64,000 nt of DNA. Source: Bdellovibrionota bacterium. GTDB lineage: Bacteria > Bdellovibrionota_C > UBA2361 > CALJRW01. The stretch spans positions 96,001-160,000 of the forward strand of contig JBGSMD010000051.1 in the NCBI GenBank assembly GCA_041740355.1. The letters run 5' to 3'. The position numbers and the translations under genes are program-made. Below the pieces are notes generated by a model. The model made no database searches. It saw only the letters and a list, made by a program, of their open reading frames with translations, and had not been told where the DNA came from. Below are positions 1 to 9,888 of the stretch, in pieces (positions within the stretch are counted from its first letter, which is position 1; the number at the start of each line of letters is the position of its first letter).

Positions 1-2
1 CA

Positions 3-1592
3 CTTATCAGTTTACTAACTCTAGTAAGTCGTCTGTTAGGGTTTATCTGGAATTTAGTCTTTGCTAAACTATTCGGGGCAGGCCTTTTAGCTGACTGTTT
101 TTTTGTAGCCTTTAAGATTCCAAACCTACTTCGTAGTATTTTGGGCGAAGGTGCACTTTCTGCCGCATTTATTCCTGTATTCTCAGCCGAGTTGGAAAAA
201 AATCGGCAACAAGCAGAAAGGACCTTGAAATCAGTCTCGGGTCTACTTTTAATTGCCAGCATCCTAATTACAATCTTAGGAGTAATTTTCACTCCCTTAA
301 TTATTGATTTTATTGCACCTGGGTACTTAGAAGATCCTGAAAGATATCAACTCTGCATCACTCTTACTCAAATAACCCTTCCTTACATAATCTTTGTAAG
401 TCTAATTGCTTTAATCAGTGGCGCACTAAATTCAGTTAAGAAATATGGGGCAGCTCCCCTTTCCCAAATAGTGATGAACATTGTTCTAATTATTACTTGT
501 TACTTAGTAAGCTTTTGGGAACCAGAAACAGGAATTAAATTATTATCTATTGGTGTTCTAGTTGGAGGGTTTGCACAAATCATTATACAGCTTCCCGCTT
601 TGAAAGCTGCCAAACTTTCAATCTTTCCGAATGTAAAACTATTGAATCCGAGTAGTAAAAAAGTATTATTTCTAATGATTCCGGCGTGCTTTGGAGCGGC
701 AATCTATCAGATATCTATTTTTATAAATACGATGCTCGCTACGTTACTACCAACGGGCAGTGTCTCTTGGCTTTTTTACGCAGACCGTCTGTCACAATTA
801 CCTATCGGCGTCTTAACAATTGCGATTATGTCCGTACTCCTGCCAGAGTTATCAAAATCACAAGCAAATAATAATTCACTTGGATTTCAACACAACATGA
901 ATAACTCTTTGCGATATATTAGTTTTCTAATTATCCCCTCCTCTGCTGGATTAATAATCTTAGCGGAGCCGCTAATTCAATTATTATTTGAACGTGGTGA
1001 GTTTACCTCGTTTGATACATTTCAAACTGCAGGCGCATTACAGGCAACAGCTTTTGGACTTTGGGGAATTAGTTGCAGCTCAATTGTCAGTCGGGGATTT
1101 TTAGCAAAACAAGATACCCTGACACCCAGTCTACTGGGAATTTTTACACTATTATTGAATGTCCTCTTAGCGTTGCTGCTAATGGGCAAAATGGATTTCC
1201 AAGCTGATCTCTTTCTTTTAAATGTAATTGCGGACATACAAAATTATTTGATAATCATTTTTCCACATCTCGATTACTTCCATGTCGGATTAGCTCTCGC
1301 TTCCGGCTTAGCACTTACTTTTACTTTAGTAATCAGTATGTTTGTTTTGGACAGACGCCTAGAAAATTGGAGTTTTCAACCATTCTTGAAAGCTAGCTTC
1401 ACTTCATTACTAGCGTCTTTAGTTATGATGTTAGCAATTTATTATTTAAAAACCCTAATTAGTAATAACTTGATTTTAATTATTGCGGCTTGCCCAGTTG
1501 CCTTTATCAGCTATGGAATTGCCTATCATATATTTGGGGGACAAGAGATTCGAGAACTAACTAAATTAATTCGCCGCAAAACAAAAATATAG
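3..1592 (+). CDS. murJ: Lipid II flippase MurJ (5' end truncated by window edge)
   Basis: The frame is open from base 3 (LISLLTLVSRLLGF...FGAG..AD.F..AF.IPN.LR...GEGALSAAFIP) and contains the YADRL.QLP motif and many TM segments. Confidence 0.93.
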   Translation, partial: LISLLTLVSRLLGFIWNLVFAKLFGAGLLADCFFVAFKIPNLLRSILGEGALSAAFIPVFSAELEKNRQQAERTLKSVSGLLLIASILITILGVIFTPLIIDFIAPGYLEDPERYQLCITLTQITLPYIIFVSLIALISGALNSVKKYGAAPLSQIVMNIVLIITCYLVSFWEPETGIKLLSIGVLVGGFAQIIIQLPALKAAKLSIFPNVKLLNPSSKKVLFLMIPACFGAAIYQISIFINTMLATLLPTGSVSWLFYADRLSQLPIGVLTIAIMSVLLPELSKSQANNNSLGFQHNMNNSLRYISFLIIPSSAGLIILAEPLIQLLFERGEFTSFDTFQTAGALQATAFGLWGISCSSIVSRGFLAKQDTLTPSLLGIFTLLLNVLLALLLMGKMDFQADLFLLNVIADIQNYLIIIFPHLDYFHVGLALASGLALTFTLVISMFVLDRRLENWSFQPFLKASFTSLLASLVMMLAIYYLKTLISNNLILIIAACPVAFISYGIAYHIFGGQEIRELTKLIRRKTKI

Positions 1593-1670
1593 CGTTCGGT
1601 TTGCAGGATTAGTAAAAGAGAGCCTAAAGGAATAGTGATAAAATTTCAGAAATCACTTCTTGGATTTACC

Positions 1671-2498
1671 TTATTTAGATAATTTGACGCTTCTATTAAA
1701 AGCGGCCAAGAAAGCTTGTTGTAAAGATTGATTAATCTTTTTACTTTTAAAAATATCGAGTGCCGCTTCGGTTGTTCCACCTTTTGATTTAACTTTTACA
1801 ATTAATTCAGAAGGAGTCAGTTTGCTGTAATTTAAATAATCTATTGTTCCAAAAAAAGTTTGCCAAACAATCTTCTCTGCTAACTCCTTAGGGAAACCAA
1901 AACGTCTAGCAGATTCTTCCAAGGAGCTCATAAAAAAGGCAACATAGGCTGGTCCACTTCCGGCTAGTGCTGTGATCTGATTAATTTTCTTTTCATCAGC
2001 AACTTCTAAGAACAATCCTTGTGGGGCAAAAATTCGCTTAATAAACTTTTGCTCTGTGGTAATAACTGCGGTGTCGTAAACACAAGCAATCACAGCTTGT
2101 TGAAGTTCAATTGCTAAGTTGGGCATTACTCGGACAACCTTCTTAACTCCCAAAGCCTTTTGAATTTTGGCAATTGAGATGCCAGCCATCACAGAAACTA
2201 CAACTGTATTTTTAACTAATTTGTCTCTTAGCGATATTGCTAAGCTTGGAAAATCTTGCGGTTTGACGGCTATGATTATGTAATCAGGTGAATCTAACTG
2301 TTCAACATTAGAATAAAATTTAATTGCCGGATATCCAGGCTTAATTTTTTGGGAATTCACCGAGCTTCGACTCACTACTGTAAGTGATGAAAGCGGAACA
2401 ATTTTTTCCGCAATAAGCGCTTTAAGTATCGGCTGACCCATATTACCTAGGCCAATAATTGTAAGCTTAACGGGCTTTGCCACGGGTTGGATCTTCAA
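1671..2498 (-). CDS. proC: Pyrroline-5-carboxylate reductase
   Basis: IGLGNMG, AVKPQ, RVMPN, GSGPAY and SKGGTT motifs. Confidence 0.93.
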   Translation of the reverse strand: MKIQPVAKPVKLTIIGLGNMGQPILKALIAEKIVPLSSLTVVSRSSVNSQKIKPGYPAIKFYSNVEQLDSPDYIIIAVKPQDFPSLAISLRDKLVKNTVVVSVMAGISIAKIQKALGVKKVVRVMPNLAIELQQAVIACVYDTAVITTEQKFIKRIFAPQGLFLEVADEKKINQITALAGSGPAYVAFFMSSLEESARRFGFPKELAEKIVWQTFFGTIDYLNYSKLTPSELIVKVKSKGGTTEAALDIFKSKKINQSLQQAFLAAFNRSVKLSK

Positions 2499-2757
2499 CA
2501 GAAAAAGTTTCGCCAGATTTAAGATTTAAAAACAACATCATTTGCTCAACAAGCATATTGTAATCTTCTTTTTTGCCCATATTTAATCGATACTCATTGA
2601 TGATTTTAATTTGCATATCATCTTTCCACATCAACCAAGCTTGAGCTGATATTTTTTCAAAAATTTCCTGACCAACAGGCCCAGAGAATGGAGGTTTAGT
2701 AAGCCCCGGAAGATCCTTTCCAAGTTTAATACATTTTATAATTCTTTCTTCCGTCAT
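2467..2757 (-). CDS. yggX: Fe(II)-trafficking / oxidative damage protection protein YggX
   Basis: C.KL....GL..PP..G..G..I...IS..AW..W......INEYRL pattern. Confidence 0.88.
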   Translation of the reverse strand: MTEERIIKCIKLGKDLPGLTKPPFSGPVGQEIFEKISAQAWLMWKDDMQIKIINEYRLNMGKKEDYNMLVEQMMLFLNLKSGETFSVEDPTRGKAR

Positions 2758-2789
2758 AATATTTTTGATTGTTATAATTGAACTTAATC

Positions 2790-2934
2790 TAGTTATTCCA
2801 AAAAATAAATTACCTAATAATAAAATAGAGCAACTTGTTTTTTGTAATAACTATACGATTTTACTATCCCTCTGGGGATTAGAAAGCCCCAAAAAGTAGT
2901 TTCCTTCAGTAAATTACTTTTTGGACTTTCTATA
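2790..2934 (+). mobile_element. ~148-bp MITE-like triple-hairpin repeat, copy 1
   Basis: TAGTTATTCCAAAAAA...TTTTTTGTAATAACTATA / TATCCCTCTGGGGATTAG / AAAGCCCCAAAAAGTAGTTTCC...AAATTACTTTTTGGACTTTCTATA; homologous to copies at 15198, 22598, 57434 and 61119. Confidence 0.75.
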
Positions 2935-3167
2935 ATAGACGAAACTAATAAATGATTCAAATTACGGTAGATTTTAGAAGGTTAGTAATGGAATATTCTA
3001 AAACTCATCATGTATTGACTTGGCATGATTTCATTTTTATCAACTCTTAAGGAAAGTATTCAAATTTTTGCCATTTTTACAAAACATTTACATTTAAATT
3101 ACACAAGCATGACACAAAGCTCTTCATAACATGAGATAAGGGTATTACAACTCAGCCATTAAGGAGA

Positions 3168-3806
3168 ATGCACATGACTAAGAAACTTACGGATCTGGAA
3201 TTGGTGATAGAACTGCAAAACGGCGAAAAATCCGCTTTTGAAGAACTTTTTAAACGTTATAGTGAAAAAGCCTACCACCTTGCTTATCGAATAACTCGAA
3301 AAGAAGAGGATGCGGAGGAAATTATCCAAGAGACATTTATCAATGTTTTCTCTAAAATTAACTCTTTTCAAGGAAAGTCAGCATTTTCCAGTTGGTTGTA
3401 TAGAATTACTTTCAATACTTCTCTCATGAAACTAAGAAAAAGAAAGCAACATTTAACATTACCTTTAGAAGTAAATAATCACTCGGAAGAAGCTTTTAAT
3501 GTAGAATATTGCTCTGAAGAAGAACATCATCGTTGTGAGGTATTCCCTTTCAGACATGAGCTTCGTGGACATATTGAGAAAGCAGTGAACTCTTTACCCG
3601 AAGAATATCGTTCAATTTTTGTGCTTCGAGATATTGATGGTTTAAGCAATCAAGAGGTTAGTGAAATGTTGGACTTAACAATTCCAGCAATTAAATCACG
3701 CCTACATAGAGCTCGATTAATGTTACAATCAAGATTAGAGAACTATTATAATGACTTTTCTAATGAGACATTAATCCTTGAAGGCAGTCAGAAGTTAGCC
3801 GCCTAG
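3168..3806 (+). CDS. ECF RNA polymerase sigma-70 factor
   Basis: Region 2 (DAEEIIQETF...F.GKSAFSSWLYRI) and region 4 (LRDIDGLSNQEVSEML...IKSRLHRAR). Confidence 0.92.
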   Translation: MHMTKKLTDLELVIELQNGEKSAFEELFKRYSEKAYHLAYRITRKEEDAEEIIQETFINVFSKINSFQGKSAFSSWLYRITFNTSLMKLRKRKQHLTLPLEVNNHSEEAFNVEYCSEEEHHRCEVFPFRHELRGHIEKAVNSLPEEYRSIFVLRDIDGLSNQEVSEMLDLTIPAIKSRLHRARLMLQSRLENYYNDFSNETLILEGSQKLAA

Positions 3807-3817
3807 TCCAGAGTAAA

Positions 3818-3851
3818 TGCCTTTACTACCATTTCTGAGGTAGTAAAGGCA
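3818..3851 (+). terminator. Hairpin / putative terminator after ECF sigma gene
   Basis: 13-bp stem TGCCTTTACTACC / GGTAGTAAAGGCA directly after the stop codon; no clear U-tract. Confidence 0.55.
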
Positions 3852-4266
3852 CTCAACAATTACTCTCATATCAATACTAGTTGTTTCAGGGTCAAAATCT
3901 GAATGATTTTGTTTAATAGTGCTCACGGCTAATATTTTCTCCCCCCTTCTGTTCCTCTTTTGCTAAAGCTACAAGCAGACAATAAAGCTTCGCAGGACCA
4001 GGCTACCCTCAATTTACTTTATAAATTGATCTTTAAAGGAGATTTGAACTTTCTTGCAAAGATTACCTGAACGCTTACTTAAGCCTCAATGAAATGCTTA
4101 TTCTATAAAAAATTGCAGAACTAGTGGCGATTGCTCGTGGTTTTCGCATACTTAGTCCTTGTTATGTCCGGGATTTAAAATGTAATCCGATATTTTAACC
4201 TTCCCCACGAATACTTCTTAAATCACTAGAAGCATTACAACTAAATACCTTGATAGTTATTGTAAT

Positions 4267-5016
4267 ATGTTGAAATTAGTATCCCCGACATTTACCGTAT
4301 CCAACTCTGGAAAAATATCAAAATATTTATTTCCGATTGACTTAAGTTCCTTAAATAGCAATCTAAGGTTGGATGTAATCAATACCTTTTTATCATCAAA
4401 TGGACTTTTGCCACTTACCAGATTAGGCGAAGCAGAAAAAGGCGAATTAGAATTTATTGGGATTAATGGATTTTATTCTGATCCCTTTGTCTCCCGGATA
4501 GATTTTCAGACGAAAAGCTTTAATCGCGAATTTAACCACCTTTGCCTGCTAAGCCCGGCGTTAGAAGGATGCTCAGGAACCATGGTCGTACCAATTGTTA
4601 ATAATCAGTATGTCCTACTTGTTGAACAATTTCGCCCAACAATTGGCGAAATGACTTTAGAGGTACCTCGGGGTTTTATAAACCCAGAAGAATCACTGCG
4701 GGTTAATAATTCCTTTGGTAATGCCTTACGTGAACTTGCCGAGGAAACTGGATTAGATCAAAGCCGACTGATCTACTTTCCAAATTTAGTAGGTGAAGTT
4801 TATGAAAACTCGGGAGTCTCAACCAATAGAAATAAAGTATTTCGTGTCTCGATAACAATTCCCGATGAACAACTAAACAATCTAATTAAAACCAATCACT
4901 TAGACCAAGGTGAAGTCGATCAGCTTGTTAATACAAAACTAATCGCAATTAAAGATTTGAAACATAAGATTAAAGATCAGCACTCTGCTACTGCCCTATG
5001 GTTAGCACTAGATTAG
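4267..5016 (+). CDS. Nudix hydrolase (ADP-ribose pyrophosphatase-like) with N-terminal extension
   Basis: LLVEQFRP...LEVPRGF...[11 protein letters not shown] Nudix box. Confidence 0.78.
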   Translation: MLKLVSPTFTVSNSGKISKYLFPIDLSSLNSNLRLDVINTFLSSNGLLPLTRLGEAEKGELEFIGINGFYSDPFVSRIDFQTKSFNREFNHLCLLSPALEGCSGTMVVPIVNNQYVLLVEQFRPTIGEMTLEVPRGFINPEESLRVNNSFGNALRELAEETGLDQSRLIYFPNLVGEVYENSGVSTNRNKVFRVSITIPDEQLNNLIKTNHLDQGEVDQLVNTKLIAIKDLKHKIKDQHSATALWLALD

Positions 5017-5895
5017 ATTGTCTTGAGTAAGAATATTTAATAAGTATTGACCATAAGAATTCTTTCTAAGTTGATTAGCATTTTCCAGTAATTTTTCTTT
5101 ACTGATAAACTTCATGAAATAAGCAATCTCTTCTGGGCAAGAAATCATTGACCCCTGTCTTTCTTCTAATGTTTGAATGTAATTACAAGCTTGTAGGTAA
5201 GATTCAAAAGTACCAGTGTCTAACCAGGCAAAGCCACGCCCCAATACTTCCAACGACAACTCACCTCGCTCAACATAGACTTTATTTAAATCAGTAATTT
5301 CCAACTCCCCGCGAGGAGATGGCTTTAGACTTTTGGCATATTCACAAACGTGATTGTCATAGAAATAAAGTCCAGTAATCGCAAAGCTGGAAGTAGGCTT
5401 GGTAGGCTTTTCAACCAACTCGGTAACTTTTCCATCTTTTCCAAATGTGGCCACGCCGTATCTTTCCGGATCCTTTACATGATAAGCAAAGATCGTTGCA
5501 CCTTTAGTTCGCGCTGAAGCCCTACCCATAGTTTCCGGTAGACCATGTCCATAAAAAAGATTATCTCCAAGAACCATGGCGACAGGTCGACCGGCCATGA
5601 ATTCTTCCCCGATAATAAAAGCTTGGGCCAGGCCATCTGGATTTGGCTGAACAGCATAAGAAATTTTGATACCAAATTGAGAGCCATCATCAAGCAGATT
5701 TTGAAAGGCATCTCTATCTTGTGGAGTAGTAATGATCAGGATGTCCCTAATCCCAGCCAACATTAATGTCGACAAGGGGTAATAGATCATTGGTTTATTG
5801 TAAATGGGAAGAAGCTGTTTACTTACAGACTTGGTAACAGGAAAAAGACGAGTTCCAGAGCCACCAGCTAGGATAATTCCACAATAGTTGTTCAT
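5008..5895 (-). CDS. rfbA: Glucose-1-phosphate thymidylyltransferase
   Basis: [39 protein letters not shown] and WLDTGT motifs. Confidence 0.96.
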   Translation of the reverse strand: MNNYCGIILAGGSGTRLFPVTKSVSKQLLPIYNKPMIYYPLSTLMLAGIRDILIITTPQDRDAFQNLLDDGSQFGIKISYAVQPNPDGLAQAFIIGEEFMAGRPVAMVLGDNLFYGHGLPETMGRASARTKGATIFAYHVKDPERYGVATFGKDGKVTELVEKPTKPTSSFAITGLYFYDNHVCEYAKSLKPSPRGELEITDLNKVYVERGELSLEVLGRGFAWLDTGTFESYLQACNYIQTLEERQGSMISCPEEIAYFMKFISKEKLLENANQLRKNSYGQYLLNILTQDNLI

Positions 5896-6097
5896 TAGTT
5901 TATACCAAAATATTTTGGATAATTTTTTAGCACAAAAAAGACTTTACTCAAAATAATAGAATTTAGTGGCCTTTTTCTATTCGCTTTTCAACTAGACTAC
6001 CGAATAATAAACAAAATACTCGCGCTAGATTTACCTTATGCTTGATCTTGGACTGAAGACCCGGAAAATTGCCGTTTAAGAATTTATTCAGTTTTTA

Positions 6098-6652
6098 TCA
6101 AAATTTTGAATTTAGTAATTGTTCACGCACACGCTTACTTAGTGGATACTCTGATAGCCAAATTCCCAGATAATATTTGGCAAACTCTGGGTCCTTAATC
6201 GTCGAAAGATTTTGTTTGTTATTACTAAGTGTTAATCCTTTGTCAGGAAGGTAGGTCAAATAATATTCTGATTGATCATCAACATCTTCGTAATACTGAT
6301 TAATTTGCTGGGCTTCAACTTTAAATTTTTCATAATTAAAATTGGGGTTCTTTTGAAGTGTGTCCACAGCCCCATCGACGATTCGCTTCTTTTCTATTTT
6401 TCGATGATATTTAAAGTGTAAAAACTTCGCCACTTTAGGATTGAGTACATCACCAGTAAAGTTTGCTTGATCTACATAAAGTGCCACTGAGTAGATATCC
6501 ATAAAAAGATAAGTGAAATCAGATTTACCTACCAGATGGAACTGAAGATCCGCTTTAAGAATAGTTTTGGGATAACAGCTAGTCTTAGAACAAAGTTCAT
6601 CAGCAGAAACCGAATTTAAAAATATAAATAATAAAAACACTAATTGCTTCAT
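6098..6652 (-). CDS. Chalcone-isomerase-like secreted lipid-binding protein
   Basis: Signal peptide, F.Y..MDIY.VALY and FA..Y.GIWL patterns; context in a cfa-type cluster. Confidence 0.75.
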   Translation of the reverse strand: MKQLVFLLFIFLNSVSADELCSKTSCYPKTILKADLQFHLVGKSDFTYLFMDIYSVALYVDQANFTGDVLNPKVAKFLHFKYHRKIEKKRIVDGAVDTLQKNPNFNYEKFKVEAQQINQYYEDVDDQSEYYLTYLPDKGLTLSNNKQNLSTIKDPEFAKYYLGIWLSEYPLSKRVREQLLNSKF

Positions 6653-7377
6653 TAATTTGTCTTTAAACTTCCCAAGCCACCATCAACAGCAATAATTTGA
6701 CCAGTGATCCAAGTGGCTTTATCAGATATTAAAAATTCTACTAAGTTAACTAAATCTTCTGGCTCACCCAGGCGTTTTAAGGCATGCATTTTTTCAGAGA
6801 ACTTCAAACTATTTTCATTACTAAAAATTGCTGCCGTCATTGGAGTTCGAGTTAGGCCCGGAGCAATCGCGTTAAATCTTAAATTTTTTGAGGCGTAAGT
6901 TGCTGCCGCTGAGAGTACCAAGCCATTAACTGCCGCTTTTGCTACTGAAATTAGTTCGTGATTGGGAAGGCCAATTTGCGAGGCAGCGGAACTAAAAAGC
7001 ACTACACTTCCACCGGAAGTCATAAATTTTCCGGCTGAGCGTACCGCAGCAAAAGCTGTAGTGATGTTCTGGCTAATAATCCTCTCAAACTCCTCACTAC
7101 TAATCATGTGAGCTGGCTTTAGAAGTACGGACCCACAGCAATTAACAACTGCATCGATACTGCCAAGGGCCTCAATCGCTTGTTCAAAGGCCAAATTAAC
7201 TTCAATAAAATTGCTACAATCTGCAATTGAATATTTTGACTGAAGACTATTTGCTAAACTTACTAATTCAGATTCCTTTCTGGCAACTAAAAAACAATTC
7301 CAGCCAGAGGATACCAGTTGGCCGGAGAGTATTTTCCCCACACCGCCTGTCGCGCCTAAGATAATTACATTTTTCAT
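6652..7377 (-). CDS. SDR family oxidoreductase
   Basis: GATGGVG Rossmann motif, NAIAPGL and WITGQ..VDGG; the catalytic Tyr position is atypical (ISVAK). Confidence 0.88.
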   Translation of the reverse strand: MKNVIILGATGGVGKILSGQLVSSGWNCFLVARKESELVSLANSLQSKYSIADCSNFIEVNLAFEQAIEALGSIDAVVNCCGSVLLKPAHMISSEEFERIISQNITTAFAAVRSAGKFMTSGGSVVLFSSAASQIGLPNHELISVAKAAVNGLVLSAAATYASKNLRFNAIAPGLTRTPMTAAIFSNENSLKFSEKMHALKRLGEPEDLVNLVEFLISDKATWITGQIIAVDGGLGSLKTN

Positions 7378-7382
7378 TTTAA

Positions 7383-7820
7383 TTAATGTTTGCTAAGTCG
7401 AGCTTTAATTAATTTAATAAGTAACGATAATACTGGTATTCGCTCGTAAATAAATTCACCGAGATCATAGTAATCACGATGAAATATAACTAAATCTGAG
7501 GTGGTATCGAAATGCAGCTGAGAAATACCTGGAACGTTAAATGGTTTCCCTTTATTTAATTTCGGTGCTTGCAATCGCATAGTCCAAAAAGCAGCAACCT
7601 TATGATCTTCACAAATAAAATCTGTAAATTCGAATTCTATTGATTCCACTGGTTGATAAATATTCTTATAATAACTCTTAATTTTTTCGGAACCATGCAA
7701 ATTCACCAAGGGGTCAATAAATTGAGCATCGGGATGATAAAACTCATCAACAATTTCTACGGTATCAACAGAAAGATTATCAAAAAAATTGGTTACTTTT
7801 TTTATTTTAGGATTTTGCAT
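7383..7820 (-). CDS. SnoaL/NTF2-like protein
   Basis: FY..DA.F.DP and HRDY.D motifs typical of NTF2 proteins in cfa clusters. Confidence 0.82.
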   Translation of the reverse strand: MQNPKIKKVTNFFDNLSVDTVEIVDEFYHPDAQFIDPLVNLHGSEKIKSYYKNIYQPVESIEFEFTDFICEDHKVAAFWTMRLQAPKLNKGKPFNVPGISQLHFDTTSDLVIFHRDYYDLGEFIYERIPVLSLLIKLIKARLSKH

Positions 7821-9888
7821 TTATTGATCGTTGCAGGTAAAATTTTTCAGTAAAAATTTGTTGGTCTTCGGCACATAATAATTGGTTATTCGGTCGTGTT
7901 AGAGTCAAATGAAGGACATTTAATGTGCGTGTAGCAAATGCTGATTCACAATAACAGAGATAATAATTCCAAGCTCTAATAAAACGTTGATCAAATCCAA
8001 GCTTTAAAACTTTAGAGATATTACGATTAAATCTTTTTCGCCATTCAGCTAAAGTTGGCGCATAATGCGGACCAATGTTGACAACTTCTTCGATTTCCAA
8101 ATCTGAACTTTCACGTAATGCTATTTGCATGGCTTCTAAAGATGGTAATAATGAGCCAGGGAAAATATGTTTTTGGATCCAGTCACAACGGCTTTTTAAT
8201 CGTTCAAAATATTGGTCATGAATAGTAATCACTTGAAGTGCAATTAAACCATTCGGAGCAAGAAGGCTTTCACATTTTGCAAAAAAATTTTGATAGTTTT
8301 TATGCCCAACAGCTTCTAACATTTCAATAGAAACAATTTTATCATACTTGCCAGTTAGTTCACGATAGTCAGAAAATTTAATCTCGACTAAGTTTTCTAA
8401 CTTAGCTTCTTTTATGCGTTCCGTTGCTAAATTAAATTGCTCTTTGGAAATAGTAACTGTTGTAACTCGACACCCTGTTTGCTTTGCAACCGCAATAGCG
8501 AAAGAGCCCCACCCACTTCCAATCTCTAAAACATGATCGTCTTTGGTAATTCTAGCCTTAGCAATTAAAGCTTGAATTTTGTTAGCTTGCGCTGCTTCTA
8601 ATGTTTGGCATTCAGGGCTGTATAATGCTGAAGAGTACATCAAACTATCATCCAAAAATGTTTTGAATAAATCATTACTTAAATCATAGTGGGCAGATAT
8701 GTTTTTCTTCGCACCTTCCAAAGAATTAAATCTAAACAAGTGTCTAAGATATTCAACTTTTTCAAAAAAATAATTTAATAGTCTGTTCCGCTTTTCAACG
8801 TGTTGCTTATTAGCAATAAAGAAATCGATCACGGCTGTTAAATTGGCAGTTTTCCAAAGCTCATCAGTGTAAGACTCTCCCAGACCAATTGCTCCATCAC
8901 GCACCAATCTCCAGAAAAATTCATAATGCTGAACTTGAATCTCGGCTTGTGGCGACTGTTGGGAATCGCCAAAGAAAATAATCCGATTATCAGGTAGGAT
9001 TATCTTAAGAAACCCTTGATCGAAGGTTTTAAATAATTTTACTATTTTAGTCTGAGACCAAGCATGTAAAAAATTAGCTGGTCCAGTGAATAGTGTATGA
9101 ATGCTAACCGGCTTAGGCTTTCGAAATACTGGCAATTTTTTAATGTAATACATCTTTGCGGCTTGGTAGATAATCCTTGGATAAGTTAGACTAGCTGTGA
9201 GCGGGAACTTAACAAAAATTTTTAATAAATTAGCGGTATTAAACTCGACTCCCTTCCCCCAGACACGAGAATAAAAATCGACCTTTGAAATTCCGTCTTT
9301 TTCTCTCAGAACATTCAGGCGGATATCTAAATCTGTTGTTATTTCTGAAAACCAGAAGTCATACATCCCATCCATCGGATAAAAAGGGGAGACATGAAAT
9401 GACTTGGGGACAGTGTAATGTTTAGTGAATTTGCTTTGATCGGCTATGCTTTGCTCTTGGTCAAGTAAGTAAATATGACGTTCTTGAAAAGTATTGTTTA
9501 CCTCTGCAACGACATAAACTAATTGTCGATCTTCTCCATAACAATAAAAAAAACTTACTGGATTAAAAACATAATTAAAATAACGAGCACTAGTAATGAG
9601 CATCACTCGTTCAATTTTTTGGTTCAACTGATTTTTTGTTAAATACTTTAGTAGCTTTTCTTTGATAGTGAGACTAGAATTATCGAGGTAGTCTTGATCA
9701 AAAATGGCAGTAATCCGTTTTTTGTTGTATCCAAAAATCCAGGAATTTAATATTGGTAACTCATCCAAATCTAAGGCATAAAAATATATTGGATAGGCAA
9801 AAGAATAATCAACTGGCCCCGTTCGACTGTGCATAACTCGGCCATCAAATATTTTTGACTGTTTACTATGACCTACAAGATCAGCCAT
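7807..9888 (-). CDS. DUF1365 (UfaO-like) fused to cyclopropane-fatty-acyl-phospholipid synthase-family methyltransferase
   Basis: N-terminal G.VMH.R, FNPVSFFYC, EVNNTF.ERH and FHVSPF (DUF1365); C-terminal HYDLSN, MYSSA, VLEIGSGWG, IVSIEMLEAVG and IFPG (Cfa). Confidence 0.88.
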   Translation of the reverse strand: MADLVGHSKQSKIFDGRVMHSRTGPVDYSFAYPIYFYALDLDELPILNSWIFGYNKKRITAIFDQDYLDNSSLTIKEKLLKYLTKNQLNQKIERVMLITSARYFNYVFNPVSFFYCYGEDRQLVYVVAEVNNTFQERHIYLLDQEQSIADQSKFTKHYTVPKSFHVSPFYPMDGMYDFWFSEITTDLDIRLNVLREKDGISKVDFYSRVWGKGVEFNTANLLKIFVKFPLTASLTYPRIIYQAAKMYYIKKLPVFRKPKPVSIHTLFTGPANFLHAWSQTKIVKLFKTFDQGFLKIILPDNRIIFFGDSQQSPQAEIQVQHYEFFWRLVRDGAIGLGESYTDELWKTANLTAVIDFFIANKQHVEKRNRLLNYFFEKVEYLRHLFRFNSLEGAKKNISAHYDLSNDLFKTFLDDSLMYSSALYSPECQTLEAAQANKIQALIAKARITKDDHVLEIGSGWGSFAIAVAKQTGCRVTTVTISKEQFNLATERIKEAKLENLVEIKFSDYRELTGKYDKIVSIEMLEAVGHKNYQNFFAKCESLLAPNGLIALQVITIHDQYFERLKSRCDWIQKHIFPGSLLPSLEAMQIALRESSDLEIEEVVNIGPHYAPTLAEWRKRFNRNISKVLKLGFDQRFIRAWNYYLCYCESAFATRTLNVLHLTLTRPNNQLLCAEDQQIFTEKFYLQRSINAKS

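Noticed and set aside
3930-4198. Possible decayed pseudogene between the ECF and Nudix genes
   Set aside because: Short protein-like open stretches occur in two frames, but no recognisable family supports a call.
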